From an uncultured Pseudobdellovibrionaceae bacterium (lineage in GTDB: Bacteria > Bdellovibrionota > FAC87 > UBA2466), in contig CAZBJE010000005.1 of NCBI GenBank assembly GCA_964492125.1, positions 8,964 through 72,963 on the forward strand: a stretch of DNA of 64,000 nt, in the 5' to 3' direction. Under the pieces are notes generated by a model, which did no database searches, had not been told where the DNA came from, and saw only the letters and a program-made list of their open reading frames with translations. This document shows positions 30,461-40,120 of the stretch, piece by piece; position 1 is the first letter of the stretch, and each line of letters opens with the position of its first letter. The translations under genes were made by a program, and so were the position numbers.

Positions 30461-30710
30461 GATTCTTTTTGTTTGAGCGCGCAACATAGTCGAGTCCGGA
30501 CAGAGAGTCAAACCAACGAGCCAAGCTAGGTATTCATCTAGCTTATCGGAACTATTTAGCTTTTGCCTGAAATAAGTTTTTGCAAGATCTTGTAACGCGC
30601 CGTCTCGTCCTCAGTGTTTTCGGTAAGTTAGGCGGTGCCAAATTACGGCACCGCCCTAGGATAGAGACGTAAAGGAGAGGGAAAATGTGAACAGAAAGAC
30701 GAGAACTACC

Positions 30711-32780
30711 TCAATCAGCCCCTGCCCCCTCTTCGCTAGCTGATTCCGTCGAGGCCACCGCATTCTGCAAAATACGACTGGCGCAATTGCTGCGGTGCTT
30801 AGCCACCCGTTGCTCGGCAATTACTCTCCACGTATGGAACGCCGCGCCTTCATAGGTAGTGGGTGCGGGCCTCTTTTTATACAGGGCCTCTCTCCGAGCG
30901 CTGTCATGATTCACCTCCGCGGCGCGGTAGGTGAGCGGCTTGCCCAACTTTTCAAACTCCTCGATGGTGATAGCGGTATTCAACCCGCCACCGACCGCGA
31001 AGATCTCGTCCGAGCCAGTGAGGAAAACCTCCAGCGCGGGGGTATGGGAACCATCGGCGTTCTTGCCTCCCCAGTTCTTGTCGTCGATGAGGACCAAGTG
31101 ATCTAGGTTACTCGAAAAAGTGCCGGAATAGCGGAGAGCCTGGGTCGATGCAATGCCCATGGTCTCAAAGCCCATCCCTTTGGCGAGTTCGTACACCCGA
31201 GAAATGCCTTCCTTGGTCCCGCCGCAGTTCACAATATCCTTGGCCGGATCCATCGACCGCAATTTTTCAAGGAGGATCTCGTCTACCACCTTGGCATACT
31301 GGTAACCATTAGCGGAATTTCCCATGAACGTGACAATGCGTTTACTCCCCTTGATCTCGCGCATCTTGGCGATGGCCTGCTGAGCACCGAGCGGTTCCGT
31401 GACAGTGCGCGGACCGGTTTGAGTTCCTTTGGCTTCGTCCGCTTGCTGAGCCAATTTTAAACCTTCATACGTGAACTTTTCCGGACTGCCTTCCTTGGAG
31501 TTGATCCATCCCAAGAGAGTGTCGTCGTCGGGGTACTCGGTGAATTCCAAAATCTGGAAAAGCTTCTTCGCCGCTTCTAATATTGCTTCAGGAGTGCGGT
31601 AATCCGGTGGCACCACGTAATTCTTCGGTGCAGTCGGATCGTCAAAGAAACCGTGAATGAGCTTGTTGTAAACATTGGCCAGTAGCGCCAGTGCTCGGTC
31701 ATGAATGAAATGGATGTTTACGGGGGTTTCGCGGCCCTGGTTGGCGCGCGATCCGCTGGCCAAGTTACCAGTCTCGGTGCGCATCGATTCATGATCAAAG
31801 TGAGCGCCAGGGGCTCTCTCTAACATCACTTCAAAGGGTTGGGTGATGCCAGGACGACGCAACAAATCATCGATAATCCATCGGCGATCCGCGGGCAGCG
31901 CGGATTCGTGCAAAATTTCAAACACCAACACCCGCAGCATGGCCCGCTTGGCGTAGGCGTCGCGATCGGCCTTCAGCGATATCTTCTCCAAGTGCGGCAT
32001 CAACGTGCCGGTGATGAATTTATCCATCCTCCGGTACATCGCCATCTCTTGGTCAAAAGTAGTGATGCCGTTTTCGCGCAGAGTGAGAAAAAGATATTCC
32101 ACCATGCGGCGAACGTGATTGAGGTCGTGGTACCAAAAGTCTAAGGGAGTTTGGTAATGGCGATCGACGCGCAAACCTTGAGTGGCCACGCCGATCAAAC
32201 CAAACGGCACCGAACGTACTTGAATCAATTCGTTGAACCCCAGGCTTTCAAAGGTGGGAATAATCACCACCCGCGGATCCGACATCATGCGGTGGCGGTG
32301 GTACATGTAACGATCGAAGTGGTACAGCGGCACGACTTTATCCGGGTTGCGCAGCCGATCCACTTTATCGAAAAGGCCCACCGCGCGTTCGATGGCGTCC
32401 AAGGTCGGGCGGTACGGGTAGATGCCCTCAAAAGGGGTGGCATAAGGATAACGAGCTTGGTCTTCGTACGAGAACTCGATGTTCACGTGAAAGAGCAACG
32501 TGCGGACTTCTTCCAGCTCCATATTGAGCGTTGGATTCTCTGCGATGGCCTTCAAAAACCAATCGGCTTTCAGGTCCGCCAAAATCCGATCGACCACTGG
32601 TTTGAATTCGGGAAAGGAGGCATTGGCCCCCTGGGTCCGCAGCCGCTTGGTCATTTCCTCGTAAGTTCCCACCGGATCCCGCACGATCCGCTCCTCGAGG
32701 GTCTCGCCCGCCTGTAAAGGGGCGGAACAAATCAGCAAAAGGCAGGTGATGCGCGCATAAGCGGATACGAGTTTTCTCAC
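30711..32780 (-). CDS. Secreted two-domain protein: novel ~450-aa N-terminal domain + C-terminal LOG/SLOG (TIGR00730-like) Rossmann domain
   Basis: Signal peptide MRKLVSAYARITCLLLICSAPLQA/GE. Residues ~480-620 (nt ~30920-31345) are colinear with LOG proteins: VTFMGNSANG aligns with VFCGSxxG, NCGGTKEGISR with GGGxxGLM, HLVLIDDKNW with the substrate loop, and AVGGGLNTAITIEEF with PGGxGTxEE. The N-terminal 450 aa (e.g. DFWYHDLNHVRRMVEY) are unassigned. Confidence 0.6.
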   Translation of the reverse strand: MRKLVSAYARITCLLLICSAPLQAGETLEERIVRDPVGTYEEMTKRLRTQGANASFPEFKPVVDRILADLKADWFLKAIAENPTLNMELEEVRTLLFHVNIEFSYEDQARYPYATPFEGIYPYRPTLDAIERAVGLFDKVDRLRNPDKVVPLYHFDRYMYHRHRMMSDPRVVIIPTFESLGFNELIQVRSVPFGLIGVATQGLRVDRHYQTPLDFWYHDLNHVRRMVEYLFLTLRENGITTFDQEMAMYRRMDKFITGTLMPHLEKISLKADRDAYAKRAMLRVLVFEILHESALPADRRWIIDDLLRRPGITQPFEVMLERAPGAHFDHESMRTETGNLASGSRANQGRETPVNIHFIHDRALALLANVYNKLIHGFFDDPTAPKNYVVPPDYRTPEAILEAAKKLFQILEFTEYPDDDTLLGWINSKEGSPEKFTYEGLKLAQQADEAKGTQTGPRTVTEPLGAQQAIAKMREIKGSKRIVTFMGNSANGYQYAKVVDEILLEKLRSMDPAKDIVNCGGTKEGISRVYELAKGMGFETMGIASTQALRYSGTFSSNLDHLVLIDDKNWGGKNADGSHTPALEVFLTGSDEIFAVGGGLNTAITIEEFEKLGKPLTYRAAEVNHDSARREALYKKRPAPTTYEGAAFHTWRVIAEQRVAKHRSNCASRILQNAVASTESASEEGAGAD

Positions 32781-32831
32781 GTGGGGACCTCCGGATTGCC
32801 CGCTGCATTAACACATTCGGCGCGGGACCGG

Positions 32832-33596
32832 TCAGAGCTTTTTGAGTGCCGCATAAAATGCATTATGGGTGCAGTCGATGGTGATGGGGGTAATGGCGAC
32901 TTTGCCTTGCTCCAAAGCATGGCAATCAGACAGGGGATCTTGCTCAAACCCTGAGTAGGCCCCGCCCAACCAATAGTAGTCCCGCCCTCTCGGGTCGGTG
33001 CGTTTAGTGATGTCGTTGGCGTAATAGCGCATGCCCTGCCGCGTGAATTCCATGGCCCCCATGTCTGTGACATTGGCGTGGTTGGGGATATTCACATTCA
33101 GCAAGCAGTGCGGCGGGAACTGGATATCTTTAGTCGCCAAAAAGACTTCCCGGGCTTTCAAAGCCGCCGACTCAAAATGCAATTTACCCGCGGGGTTCTT
33201 GGAATACTCGTGGGGATCCTGCACCAGTGAAAAAGCGTAGCTGGGGATATTCATTAAGGCCCCTTCCCGAGCGGCCGCGACCGTGCCGGAATAATGGACG
33301 TCGGTCCCCAAATTAGCGCCTGCGTTGATGCCCGACAAAATATAGTCGGGGTTTCGCTTTAGGATCTCACGCATCCCTAGGTAAATGCAGTCGGCGGGCG
33401 ACCCCGAAGCGGCATAGACGCCTCCCGAAACCTTTCGCAGGCGCAGCGGTTTGTGCAGCGTGAGGCTATGGCCGGCAGTGCTGCGCTCTCGGTTCGGCGC
33501 AACCACCAACACTTCGGCAACCTCGCGCAAAGCCGCAGCCAGCGCGTGAATGCCGGGGGATTCGATTCCATCGTCGTTGCTGATTAAGATCGTCAT
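32832..33596 (-). CDS. surE: 5'/3'-nucleotidase SurE
   Basis: 254 aa with N-terminus MTILISNDDGIESPGIHALAAAL and the conserved SurE DDG metal site. It overlaps the prfB stop by 4 nt. Confidence 0.9.
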   Translation of the reverse strand: MTILISNDDGIESPGIHALAAALREVAEVLVVAPNRERSTAGHSLTLHKPLRLRKVSGGVYAASGSPADCIYLGMREILKRNPDYILSGINAGANLGTDVHYSGTVAAAREGALMNIPSYAFSLVQDPHEYSKNPAGKLHFESAALKAREVFLATKDIQFPPHCLLNVNIPNHANVTDMGAMEFTRQGMRYYANDITKRTDPRGRDYYWLGGAYSGFEQDPLSDCHALEQGKVAITPITIDCTHNAFYAALKKL

Positions 33597-34712
33597 TTAC
33601 TCTCCCGCTTTGACATCAAGTAGCTTTCGACAAACGGCTGCAAGGCCCCATCGAGCACCGGCAAAATATCCTGGGTTTCAAAGTCGGTGCGGTGATCTTT
33701 GATCATGCGGTAGGGGTGCATGACATAGGAACGGATCTGGCTGCCCCAAGCGATGTCGGATTTGGCATCTTCCACTTCGGCAGCAGCAGCGCGTTTGATT
33801 TCCAGTTCTCGCTCATACAAGCGGGCTTTCAAAATCTTCATGGCCACGGCTTTGTTCTGGTGCTGCGACCGCTCGTTTTGGCAGGTCACCACGATATTCG
33901 TTGGTAAGTGGGTGATACGGACCGCGGAGTCGGTTTTATTTACCTTCTGCCCGCCCGCTCCACCGGCGCGGTAGGTGTCGATGCGCAAGTCCTTGTCCTC
34001 GATCTTGATTTCGATTTCTTCTTCGATATCGGGATACACAAACACCGACGCAAAAGACGTGTGGCGACGCGCATTGGAATCAAATGGCGAAATACGGACC
34101 AGACGATGCACCCCGATTTCCGCTTTCAAAAATCCATAAGCGTATTGGCCACGAGCAAAGAAAGTGGCGGATTTAATACCGGCCTCCTCCCCCTCTAGAG
34201 TGTCCACGATTTGAGTGGGAAAACCGCGCTGCTCGCAGTAGCGGATATACATGCGGAATAGAATCTGGGCCCAGTCTTGGGCTTCGGTGCCACCAGCGCC
34301 GGCGTTGATGTTTACGATGGCGTCAGCGCGATCGTTGGGGCCGCCCAGCATTTCTTGCAATTCGATTCCCCGCACAGCGGCTGCCACGCCTTGGAGCTCA
34401 GTTTGCAGTTCACGCAGGTTTTCTTCCGAGGGTTCTTCCGCGACCAGCTCCACCATGGCGGTGCAGTCTCCCGAGCGGCGCTCGGCATCGAAAAACACGT
34501 TCAGTGCGTTTTCGACAGTGCTTTTCTCTTTGAGTGTGACTTTCGCTTTTGCGGCGTCGGCCCAGAAGGATTCTTGAGCGGATTGCCCTTCTATTTCTTC
34601 GAGGCGACGTTGTTTAGCGGCGACGTCAAAGACGCCCCCGTATCCCAGCCAGGCGCGCGGCCAAGTCTTCGGATTGTTTTTTGAGAACCTCTAGTCCGGG
34701 TACGTGTTCCAT
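33593..34712 (-). CDS. prfB: Peptide chain release factor 2, with programmed +1 ribosomal frameshift
   Basis: The ORF track gives only the 301-aa downstream frame. The upstream frame from ATG 34712 encodes MEHVPGLEVLKKQSEDLAARLAGIRGRL and ends at CTT TGA C (TGA 34626-34628) with an internal GGGGG SD 3 nt upstream. The +1 shift continues DVAAKQRRLEEIEG... into the GGQ-containing body (RAGGAGGQKVNKTDSAVRITHLPT), for a total of 372 aa. The architecture is the same as E. coli prfB. Confidence 0.9.
34623..34631 (-). other. prfB +1 programmed frameshift site (CTT TGA C)
   Basis: The plus-strand sequence gtcaaag at 34625-34631 is the reverse complement of CTTTGAC. It is preceded on the coding strand by ACGGGGGCGT, an SD-like GGGGG with a 3-nt spacer. 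Confidence 0.85.
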
Positions 34713-34765
34713 GGCAGGGAAACTAGCATGGCCGCCAAACTTCAGGAAGGAAAGTTTGCCTCGGC

Positions 34766-35164
34766 CTAGTAGTAGCTGCTGCCGGTATTGATGGAGAAAC
34801 CAAACCCGCAGAAGCGGATCGCCATCGAAAAATGCTTCCGACGAGGACGAGGACGTGGAGCGCAGTACGGCATGTAGCCGCCAAACGCATACGGGTTCAT
34901 CATCTGTCCACCGCAGTAAGGCCGAGGGTAAATCGGGGGCGGGAACATCGTCGAGCCCTGAAAACCGTGAGAGAAGCCACCGCCGTAACCGCCGGTCGAG
35001 TAAATCGGGGCGGGGTAGAAAGGAACCGGGGCTCGGTAGCCAACGTTCACTTTCACGCCAACGCCAATCGACGGCGCCATTCCAGGAAACTCCGCTTTCG
35101 CGGTCTCCGAAACAGTCATGCCGACCGCTAAGAACAAACCAATAATCAACAACCAGTTTTTCAT
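34766..35164 (-). CDS. Small secreted Gly/Tyr/Pro-rich protein
   Basis: 132 aa with signal peptide MKNWLLIIGLFLAVGMTVSETAKA/E. The mature part is rich in GYGGGF and PxYP repeats. Confidence 0.4.
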   Translation of the reverse strand: MKNWLLIIGLFLAVGMTVSETAKAEFPGMAPSIGVGVKVNVGYRAPVPFYPAPIYSTGGYGGGFSHGFQGSTMFPPPIYPRPYCGGQMMNPYAFGGYMPYCAPRPRPRRKHFSMAIRFCGFGFSINTGSSYY

Positions 35165-35348
35165 CGCTTTACTTCCTTTTCACGTTTCAGTGCGTGACGG
35201 GAGCTTATAGAGCAAGTGATGTGCCACGAAACGGCAGGGGTGCCCACTGCGAAGACTACGGCGGTGCGCCGAAAATTGTCTCTACGGTTGCTAAACCGTT
35301 GAACGTATTCGCTTAGTTTTCGGCTCCAATACGCCGATAAGCCAAGGC

Positions 35349-36470
35349 ATGCCCTCGTTTATCAGCAGCCCTCTCTTTCTCTTCCGCTACGTGTGCCTAC
35401 CGTTGTGTATTCTGGCGGTGGCTTACTTTGCCTACGCAATCTTGCGCCGGCGTTTCGAAAGCAAACTCGAAGCCCTTTCGCAGGAGGTCGGGGCGAATCT
35501 CTTCGTGGCGCTGCCCGATGCTTTGCGCACACTCACGACCTTGGTCGCGGTACCTTTTTGGGTTTTCGTTTTCGTTGCGCACTCGGTGCGGGTGGTGCCC
35601 GCCACCATGGCGCCGCTTGCGCCCGCATTTGAAAAAATTCTCGACGAGACTTTGCATACCAGCGCCATCGACCGCTTCTACGTGCCCTCCCAGGGCAATC
35701 GGGTGGCATGGGAAGCGGAGACCGAGCTACCGCTTTCCGTGACCTATTACCTACTGGGAATATCGCGCTACCGCATTGAACTCGAAGACCAAACCGTTCT
35801 GCGCGCACTCTTGCCGGCGGGCCTCAGCAACCAAGCGGCGCAGGAACAGATCGAATCCGAACCCCTTTTGCTCACGCCCATTTCCAAAAACTATTTCACC
35901 CCGCAAGCCTTGCAACTGGCGCAAACCAAGGCGGCGCAGCTGAACCCTGCTTTGATGGTAGGGGAAACCATTCGGCACACGGCTCCGTTTCATTCCGCAG
36001 TGGCGGCAACCCGCAACTTGGGCTGGCTGATGTTTCCGCTTTTGCTGCTAGGGTATTTTTTGCGCGGTCTTCAGATCCGAGGATTGAAGCGGGCCTTGCA
36101 GGCAAGCGCTCTGCCCGGCCGTCGCGCCCAACTGCAGGCACCCATGCAACCAATGATTTCGGCAACTCTGGCGGCTTTTACCGGAGTGGCCTTTAGCCGA
36201 GTGGAAACCGATGGTGGGCGCCATACATTCTTAGTTGCCGTTCCACACCGACTAGCGTCGATGTCCCCCGCCGAGGGACAGCTCGTCCCGTTGGTGCGAC
36301 TCCCCCTTTTTTCCCGTCCCTGGCAGACCGGGTTCTTCGCTGCGTGCTTCATCGCGCCGCTTTCTTTCTTAGCGGCGCCCGTCGCTTTCGCATCCATGTA
36401 CCAACAGGTTTTTATTCCGGACGTGCTGATCGAGCGCATCGCCGCCAAACGACGGGATACCGCAGCCTAA
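35349..36470 (+). CDS. Hypothetical integral membrane protein
   Basis: 373 aa with several hydrophobic helices at both ends and no recognisable motif. Confidence 0.45.
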   Translation: MPSFISSPLFLFRYVCLPLCILAVAYFAYAILRRRFESKLEALSQEVGANLFVALPDALRTLTTLVAVPFWVFVFVAHSVRVVPATMAPLAPAFEKILDETLHTSAIDRFYVPSQGNRVAWEAETELPLSVTYYLLGISRYRIELEDQTVLRALLPAGLSNQAAQEQIESEPLLLTPISKNYFTPQALQLAQTKAAQLNPALMVGETIRHTAPFHSAVAATRNLGWLMFPLLLLGYFLRGLQIRGLKRALQASALPGRRAQLQAPMQPMISATLAAFTGVAFSRVETDGGRHTFLVAVPHRLASMSPAEGQLVPLVRLPLFSRPWQTGFFAACFIAPLSFLAAPVAFASMYQQVFIPDVLIERIAAKRRDTAA

Positions 36471-36494
36471 CGCCGACGCAAGCAACAGGGGTTT

Positions 36495-37304
36495 TCAGTG
36501 AATGGGTTCGGCGGTGTACGGGCGCATGGCGAAATCCTTGCCCGCAACTTCTTGGTACAGAAGGCTGATTCCTTCGAGAGTCAGGTCGGGAAAGATTTGG
36601 CACGGGTGGGCGAGCCGCGATTCGAAACAACTGGCGAGTCCGCCCGTGAGAGTCACCGAACATTCTTTGCCGATTTCCGCTTCGATCTTGGCAATCATCC
36701 CATCAATCAGCGCACAGTAGCCGTATAAAAGGCCGCTTTGGATGGCCTCCACGGTGCTTTTACCCACCACATGGGGTGGAAATTCGAGATCAATGACGGG
36801 CAGTTTGGCGGTCTTCCCACCCAAAGCTTCGGCTCCCATCCGCAGTCCCGGAACAATGGCCCCACCCTCGTAAATCTTATCTTCTCCGACGAGATCAAAG
36901 GTGGTGGCGGTGCCGAAATCAATCACGATGCAAGGCAAGACCAGCTTGCGGACCGCATAGGCCACATTCACCAAGCGATCGGCACCCACTTCATGCGGAG
37001 TAGAAAGATTCATGGCAAAGCCCAAGGGCAACCCGGGGTGGATACGCACGGGTTCGCGATTGAGGTAGCGGCGGCTAAAATCTACCAATTGGCCATCAGC
37101 GGGGGGCACTACGGAGCAAATTGCCACCCCTTTCCACTGACTGGCTTCGATTCCAAATTGTTGAAAAAGCGGCAGGAGCAGCGCGGCATATTCGTCGGCG
37201 GTGCGACTGGCGCGCGTTTCTATACGCCAGTGGTACAACAACCGATCGCCGTCAAAAGCGCCAAGGGAGGATTGGGAATTACCAATGTCTAAAGCCAACA
37301 ACAC
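36495..37304 (-). CDS. coaX: Type III pantothenate kinase
   Basis: 269 aa. N-terminus MLLALDIGNSQSSLGAF matches the CoaX DxGNT-type motif, and length matches. Confidence 0.85.
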   Translation of the reverse strand: MLLALDIGNSQSSLGAFDGDRLLYHWRIETRASRTADEYAALLLPLFQQFGIEASQWKGVAICSVVPPADGQLVDFSRRYLNREPVRIHPGLPLGFAMNLSTPHEVGADRLVNVAYAVRKLVLPCIVIDFGTATTFDLVGEDKIYEGGAIVPGLRMGAEALGGKTAKLPVIDLEFPPHVVGKSTVEAIQSGLLYGYCALIDGMIAKIEAEIGKECSVTLTGGLASCFESRLAHPCQIFPDLTLEGISLLYQEVAGKDFAMRPYTAEPIH

Positions 37305-37379
37305 TCGAGTTTTCTACCTGCTTTCGCCCAAAAGCACAAATGGGGGCGGGAGTGGCCCTCACGAACCACTCCCCCAGGC

Positions 37380-38516
37380 TTAAGTTCGTTTGGTTACCAG
37401 CAGGTAGCTGCGTAGCTTGGTATTGGCTCCGGACGGGCTCTTGCCCGCGCAGAAAATGACGTTTTGGGTGGTGCCGCCTATTGCCTTGGCCGCGGCGCAG
37501 ACCGTGTTCTGAACCGATCCACTATTGAGCGTCATTTTCAAAACACCATTCACCGGCGAGGTTAACTGCGACAACGCCACCGTCGCGGTCATTGTCGTGC
37601 TGAGCGTGTTGTTGGTGATGTCCGTGATAACAGCGCCCGTGCCAGCGCCTGCAGCATCCAAAGTAACCGAAACGGGCTGCGTGGAGCCTCCCGAACCATC
37701 CGCCGTGTCACCTTCGTCAAACGCAAGGCCGAGGTAAGTGCCCGCGAAGTCCGAAACGGTCAGCGCCGCCGCCGGCACCATGACGATGGATTGAGCTTCG
37801 CCGACGGAAGGAGCCACGCGAACGATCGCGCCCCCACCGTTGGTGAAATACATCTCAGGCGAAGCGCTGTTCATCACTGGAAAAGTTCCCACGCCACCGC
37901 TACAGGTCAACGCGCCGATGGACTGGGCAGACCCCGCGCTGGTGGTGCCGTCGGCCAAGTACTTGTTGGCGCCCACCGATCCCGTGGTGCTCGATTGGGT
38001 GTAGTCGAAAGATCCTACCAACCCTTGAGTGGTGTAGTCCGTGGTGGTCGAAGAATCTTGCATCATCACCCAGGCACCCGAAAAATCGGCACTCGGGCAC
38101 GAGCCCACAGCCACCATCGGAATGATTTCGCCGCCCTGCCCGCCGATAGGTTTGAGCATCAAAACATAACCGGGAACATCGAGGGCATGCGCTTTAGCGC
38201 CGACGGACGGTCCGCTTACCGTGTCCGACGAAGAAGTAACGGTTAACTCGAGAATGCCGGAGCTTAATCGAGTAAAGGTACCGCCCACCGTCAGGTCGAC
38301 CGTCGTGGCCGACACTGTCGCTTTTTTGGTAATGGTGAAAGTGAGGTCGGCATTCAGGTTTGCCGAATAAGCCGAACCCGTTCCGCCGTACGCTACATTA
38401 GAAGAATACCCAATCGCCGAGCCCGCAGGCGTGGAAGTGCCACAACTCAAGGATACGATCAGAACAATGAAAGAAAGACAAAGAAGCAAAAAATTGCCAC
38501 GACGCAACATAAACAT
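37380..38516 (-). CDS. Hypothetical Thr/Ser/Gly-rich lipoprotein
   Basis: The start is chosen at MFMLRRGNFLLLCLSFIVLIVSLSCG (lipobox LSC). The mature part has beta-rich T/S/G-biased composition. Confidence 0.5.
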   Translation of the reverse strand: MFMLRRGNFLLLCLSFIVLIVSLSCGTSTPAGSAIGYSSNVAYGGTGSAYSANLNADLTFTITKKATVSATTVDLTVGGTFTRLSSGILELTVTSSSDTVSGPSVGAKAHALDVPGYVLMLKPIGGQGGEIIPMVAVGSCPSADFSGAWVMMQDSSTTTDYTTQGLVGSFDYTQSSTTGSVGANKYLADGTTSAGSAQSIGALTCSGGVGTFPVMNSASPEMYFTNGGGAIVRVAPSVGEAQSIVMVPAAALTVSDFAGTYLGLAFDEGDTADGSGGSTQPVSVTLDAAGAGTGAVITDITNNTLSTTMTATVALSQLTSPVNGVLKMTLNSGSVQNTVCAAAKAIGGTTQNVIFCAGKSPSGANTKLRSYLLVTKRT

Positions 38517-38580
38517 CTCCTGATTGAGGGTTTGTGCGGAATGCGGGAAACTTAAATTGTGACGGATAGATGAAGGAGAA

Positions 38581-39435
38581 TCAACGCGTGAAAGAAGTAA
38601 TTTCTCCCGACACAAAGCGTCTTCGTTCGCCTTGGCTCCCCACCGCGAGAATGAGCGCGCCCTGGTCGTCTAACCCCAGGAAGGTGCCCACGGTTTTGCC
38701 TTCGGGACCGGCGTTTTCGACTATCTCCACTTTTTTGCCCACCAGCGCGCAATTGCGCTCCCAGAGGTAGCGGATGCTGTCGAAACCATTTTGCCGGTAC
38801 GAAAGGTAGAGATTTTCGAGCTTACGCAGCGTGAAGTCCACAATTTGGTCGACTTTAAACTCGCCGCCGGCGCACTCCAGCTGGATGGAGGTGGCCCCAA
38901 AGGGCCGCTGAGCGAAAGGAGCCAGCTGCGCCTCATTCATATTCACATTAATACCCATGCCCACGATGCAAAGACCGGTCGGATCGTCCGGGATAGCCTC
39001 ACAAAGAATGCCCCCGACTTTCTTCCAATTGATCAGGCAGTCGTTCGGCCACTTAACGCTCACGTCCAACGCCTTGGGCAGCGGCTCGCGCACGGCCTGC
39101 ACCATGGCTACCCCCGCCAAAATAGAAAGATCGGTCAGGTGCTTGATGTCGCGCGGCGCCAACAATGCAGAGAGGTACACCCCACCCTTAGGAGATGCCC
39201 AGGTGTGATCGCCCCGCCCGCGCCCCGCGGTTTGCTCCTCGGCCACCAAGACGGTGCCTAAGCGCGCGCCCTGTTTATACAGCCCTTTGATGGCCGAGTT
39301 GGTGGACTCTATGGTGCCCACCCGCAGGATCGTCTTAAAGATCGGGTGCGCAGGTGCCTTAGGGTTTGAGTTCGACAAAGCTTTCGCTCTCTTTAAGGAG
39401 TTGATCCAAACGTTGTTGCGCAACGCGTTCCACAA
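38581..39435 (-). CDS. birA: Biotin--[acetyl-CoA-carboxylase] ligase (BirA, group I, no HTH domain)
   Basis: The GRGRGDHTWASPKGGVYLSALL motif is present, with a KWPND lysine region and ~280 aa length. The start is uncertain; the annotated ATG overlaps the upstream response-regulator gene by 77 nt, and a TTG at ~39378 would reduce the overlap. Confidence 0.8.
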   Translation of the reverse strand: MWNALRNNVWINSLKRAKALSNSNPKAPAHPIFKTILRVGTIESTNSAIKGLYKQGARLGTVLVAEEQTAGRGRGDHTWASPKGGVYLSALLAPRDIKHLTDLSILAGVAMVQAVREPLPKALDVSVKWPNDCLINWKKVGGILCEAIPDDPTGLCIVGMGINVNMNEAQLAPFAQRPFGATSIQLECAGGEFKVDQIVDFTLRKLENLYLSYRQNGFDSIRYLWERNCALVGKKVEIVENAGPEGKTVGTFLGLDDQGALILAVGSQGERRRFVSGEITSFTR

Positions 39436-40120
39436 TAGGGGGAACCATTTTTTCGATTAAGCGGTGCACAATCTCTTCCAAATCGAAGGATTCAATTTGG
39501 CGCCCCACTTCTTTTTCCAATTGCGCTTTATAGGCCATGGAATCTTCGGCTCCGAGCACTTGCAAACCCTCCGGTGCTTCTGGTTGAGAGAGCGCCGCGG
39601 CACGGCGCGACGGTGCAGGAATATTAATGAGTGTGTCTTCTGCGTTTTTCACTTCTGCGTTATACGTTTCGGCAACCAACTTGGCTTCATCCGAAAACGT
39701 GTCGTTGAAAATCTTTTGTAGACGCATGTCGTCAGTATCGTCCGTAGGCGCGGCAACCGGCTCCGACCCCGCCAAAGCTTCACTGACGGCCGATTGGAGG
39801 GCCGCGGGGGCGAAAGGTTTTTTCAATACCGCGCGGTACCCACGGGAATCTTTTGTATCTTGGCCAGTAATGAGCACCAAGGCAGGCTGTTTGCGGTCTC
39901 TCCCTACCCAAGTTTCTACTTCTTTGGGAAAAGCTCCGGCACTGACCCCCGCCACCTGGTCACTAATCAGAATTAAATCCGGCGGCGACTCCAAAACCAG
40001 CTTCATCGCCTCGGAGCGAGTCTTCGCGTTGGTGATGGTATAGCGCTCACGATCCAACGTAAGTGCGACTACTTTTTGAACTGTGAGACTTTCGTCGATC
40101 AATAAGATGCGCTTCTTCAT
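39359..40120 (-). CDS. Response regulator receiver-domain protein with non-DNA-binding C-terminal extension
   Basis: The start is chosen at MKKRILLIDESLTVQK. The receiver has a conserved Asp (LILISDQ) and a K in VLKKPF. The C-terminal ~130 aa are acidic and helical with no recognisable output domain. Confidence 0.65.
   Translation of the reverse strand: MKKRILLIDESLTVQKVVALTLDRERYTITNAKTRSEAMKLVLESPPDLILISDQVAGVSAGAFPKEVETWVGRDRKQPALVLITGQDTKDSRGYRAVLKKPFAPAALQSAVSEALAGSEPVAAPTDDTDDMRLQKIFNDTFSDEAKLVAETYNAEVKNAEDTLINIPAPSRRAAALSQPEAPEGLQVLGAEDSMAYKAQLEKEVGRQIESFDLEEIVHRLIEKMVPPIVERVAQQRLDQLLKESESFVELKP

Noticed and set aside
36738-37292. 184-aa plus-strand ORF
   Set aside because: It is antisense to coaX.
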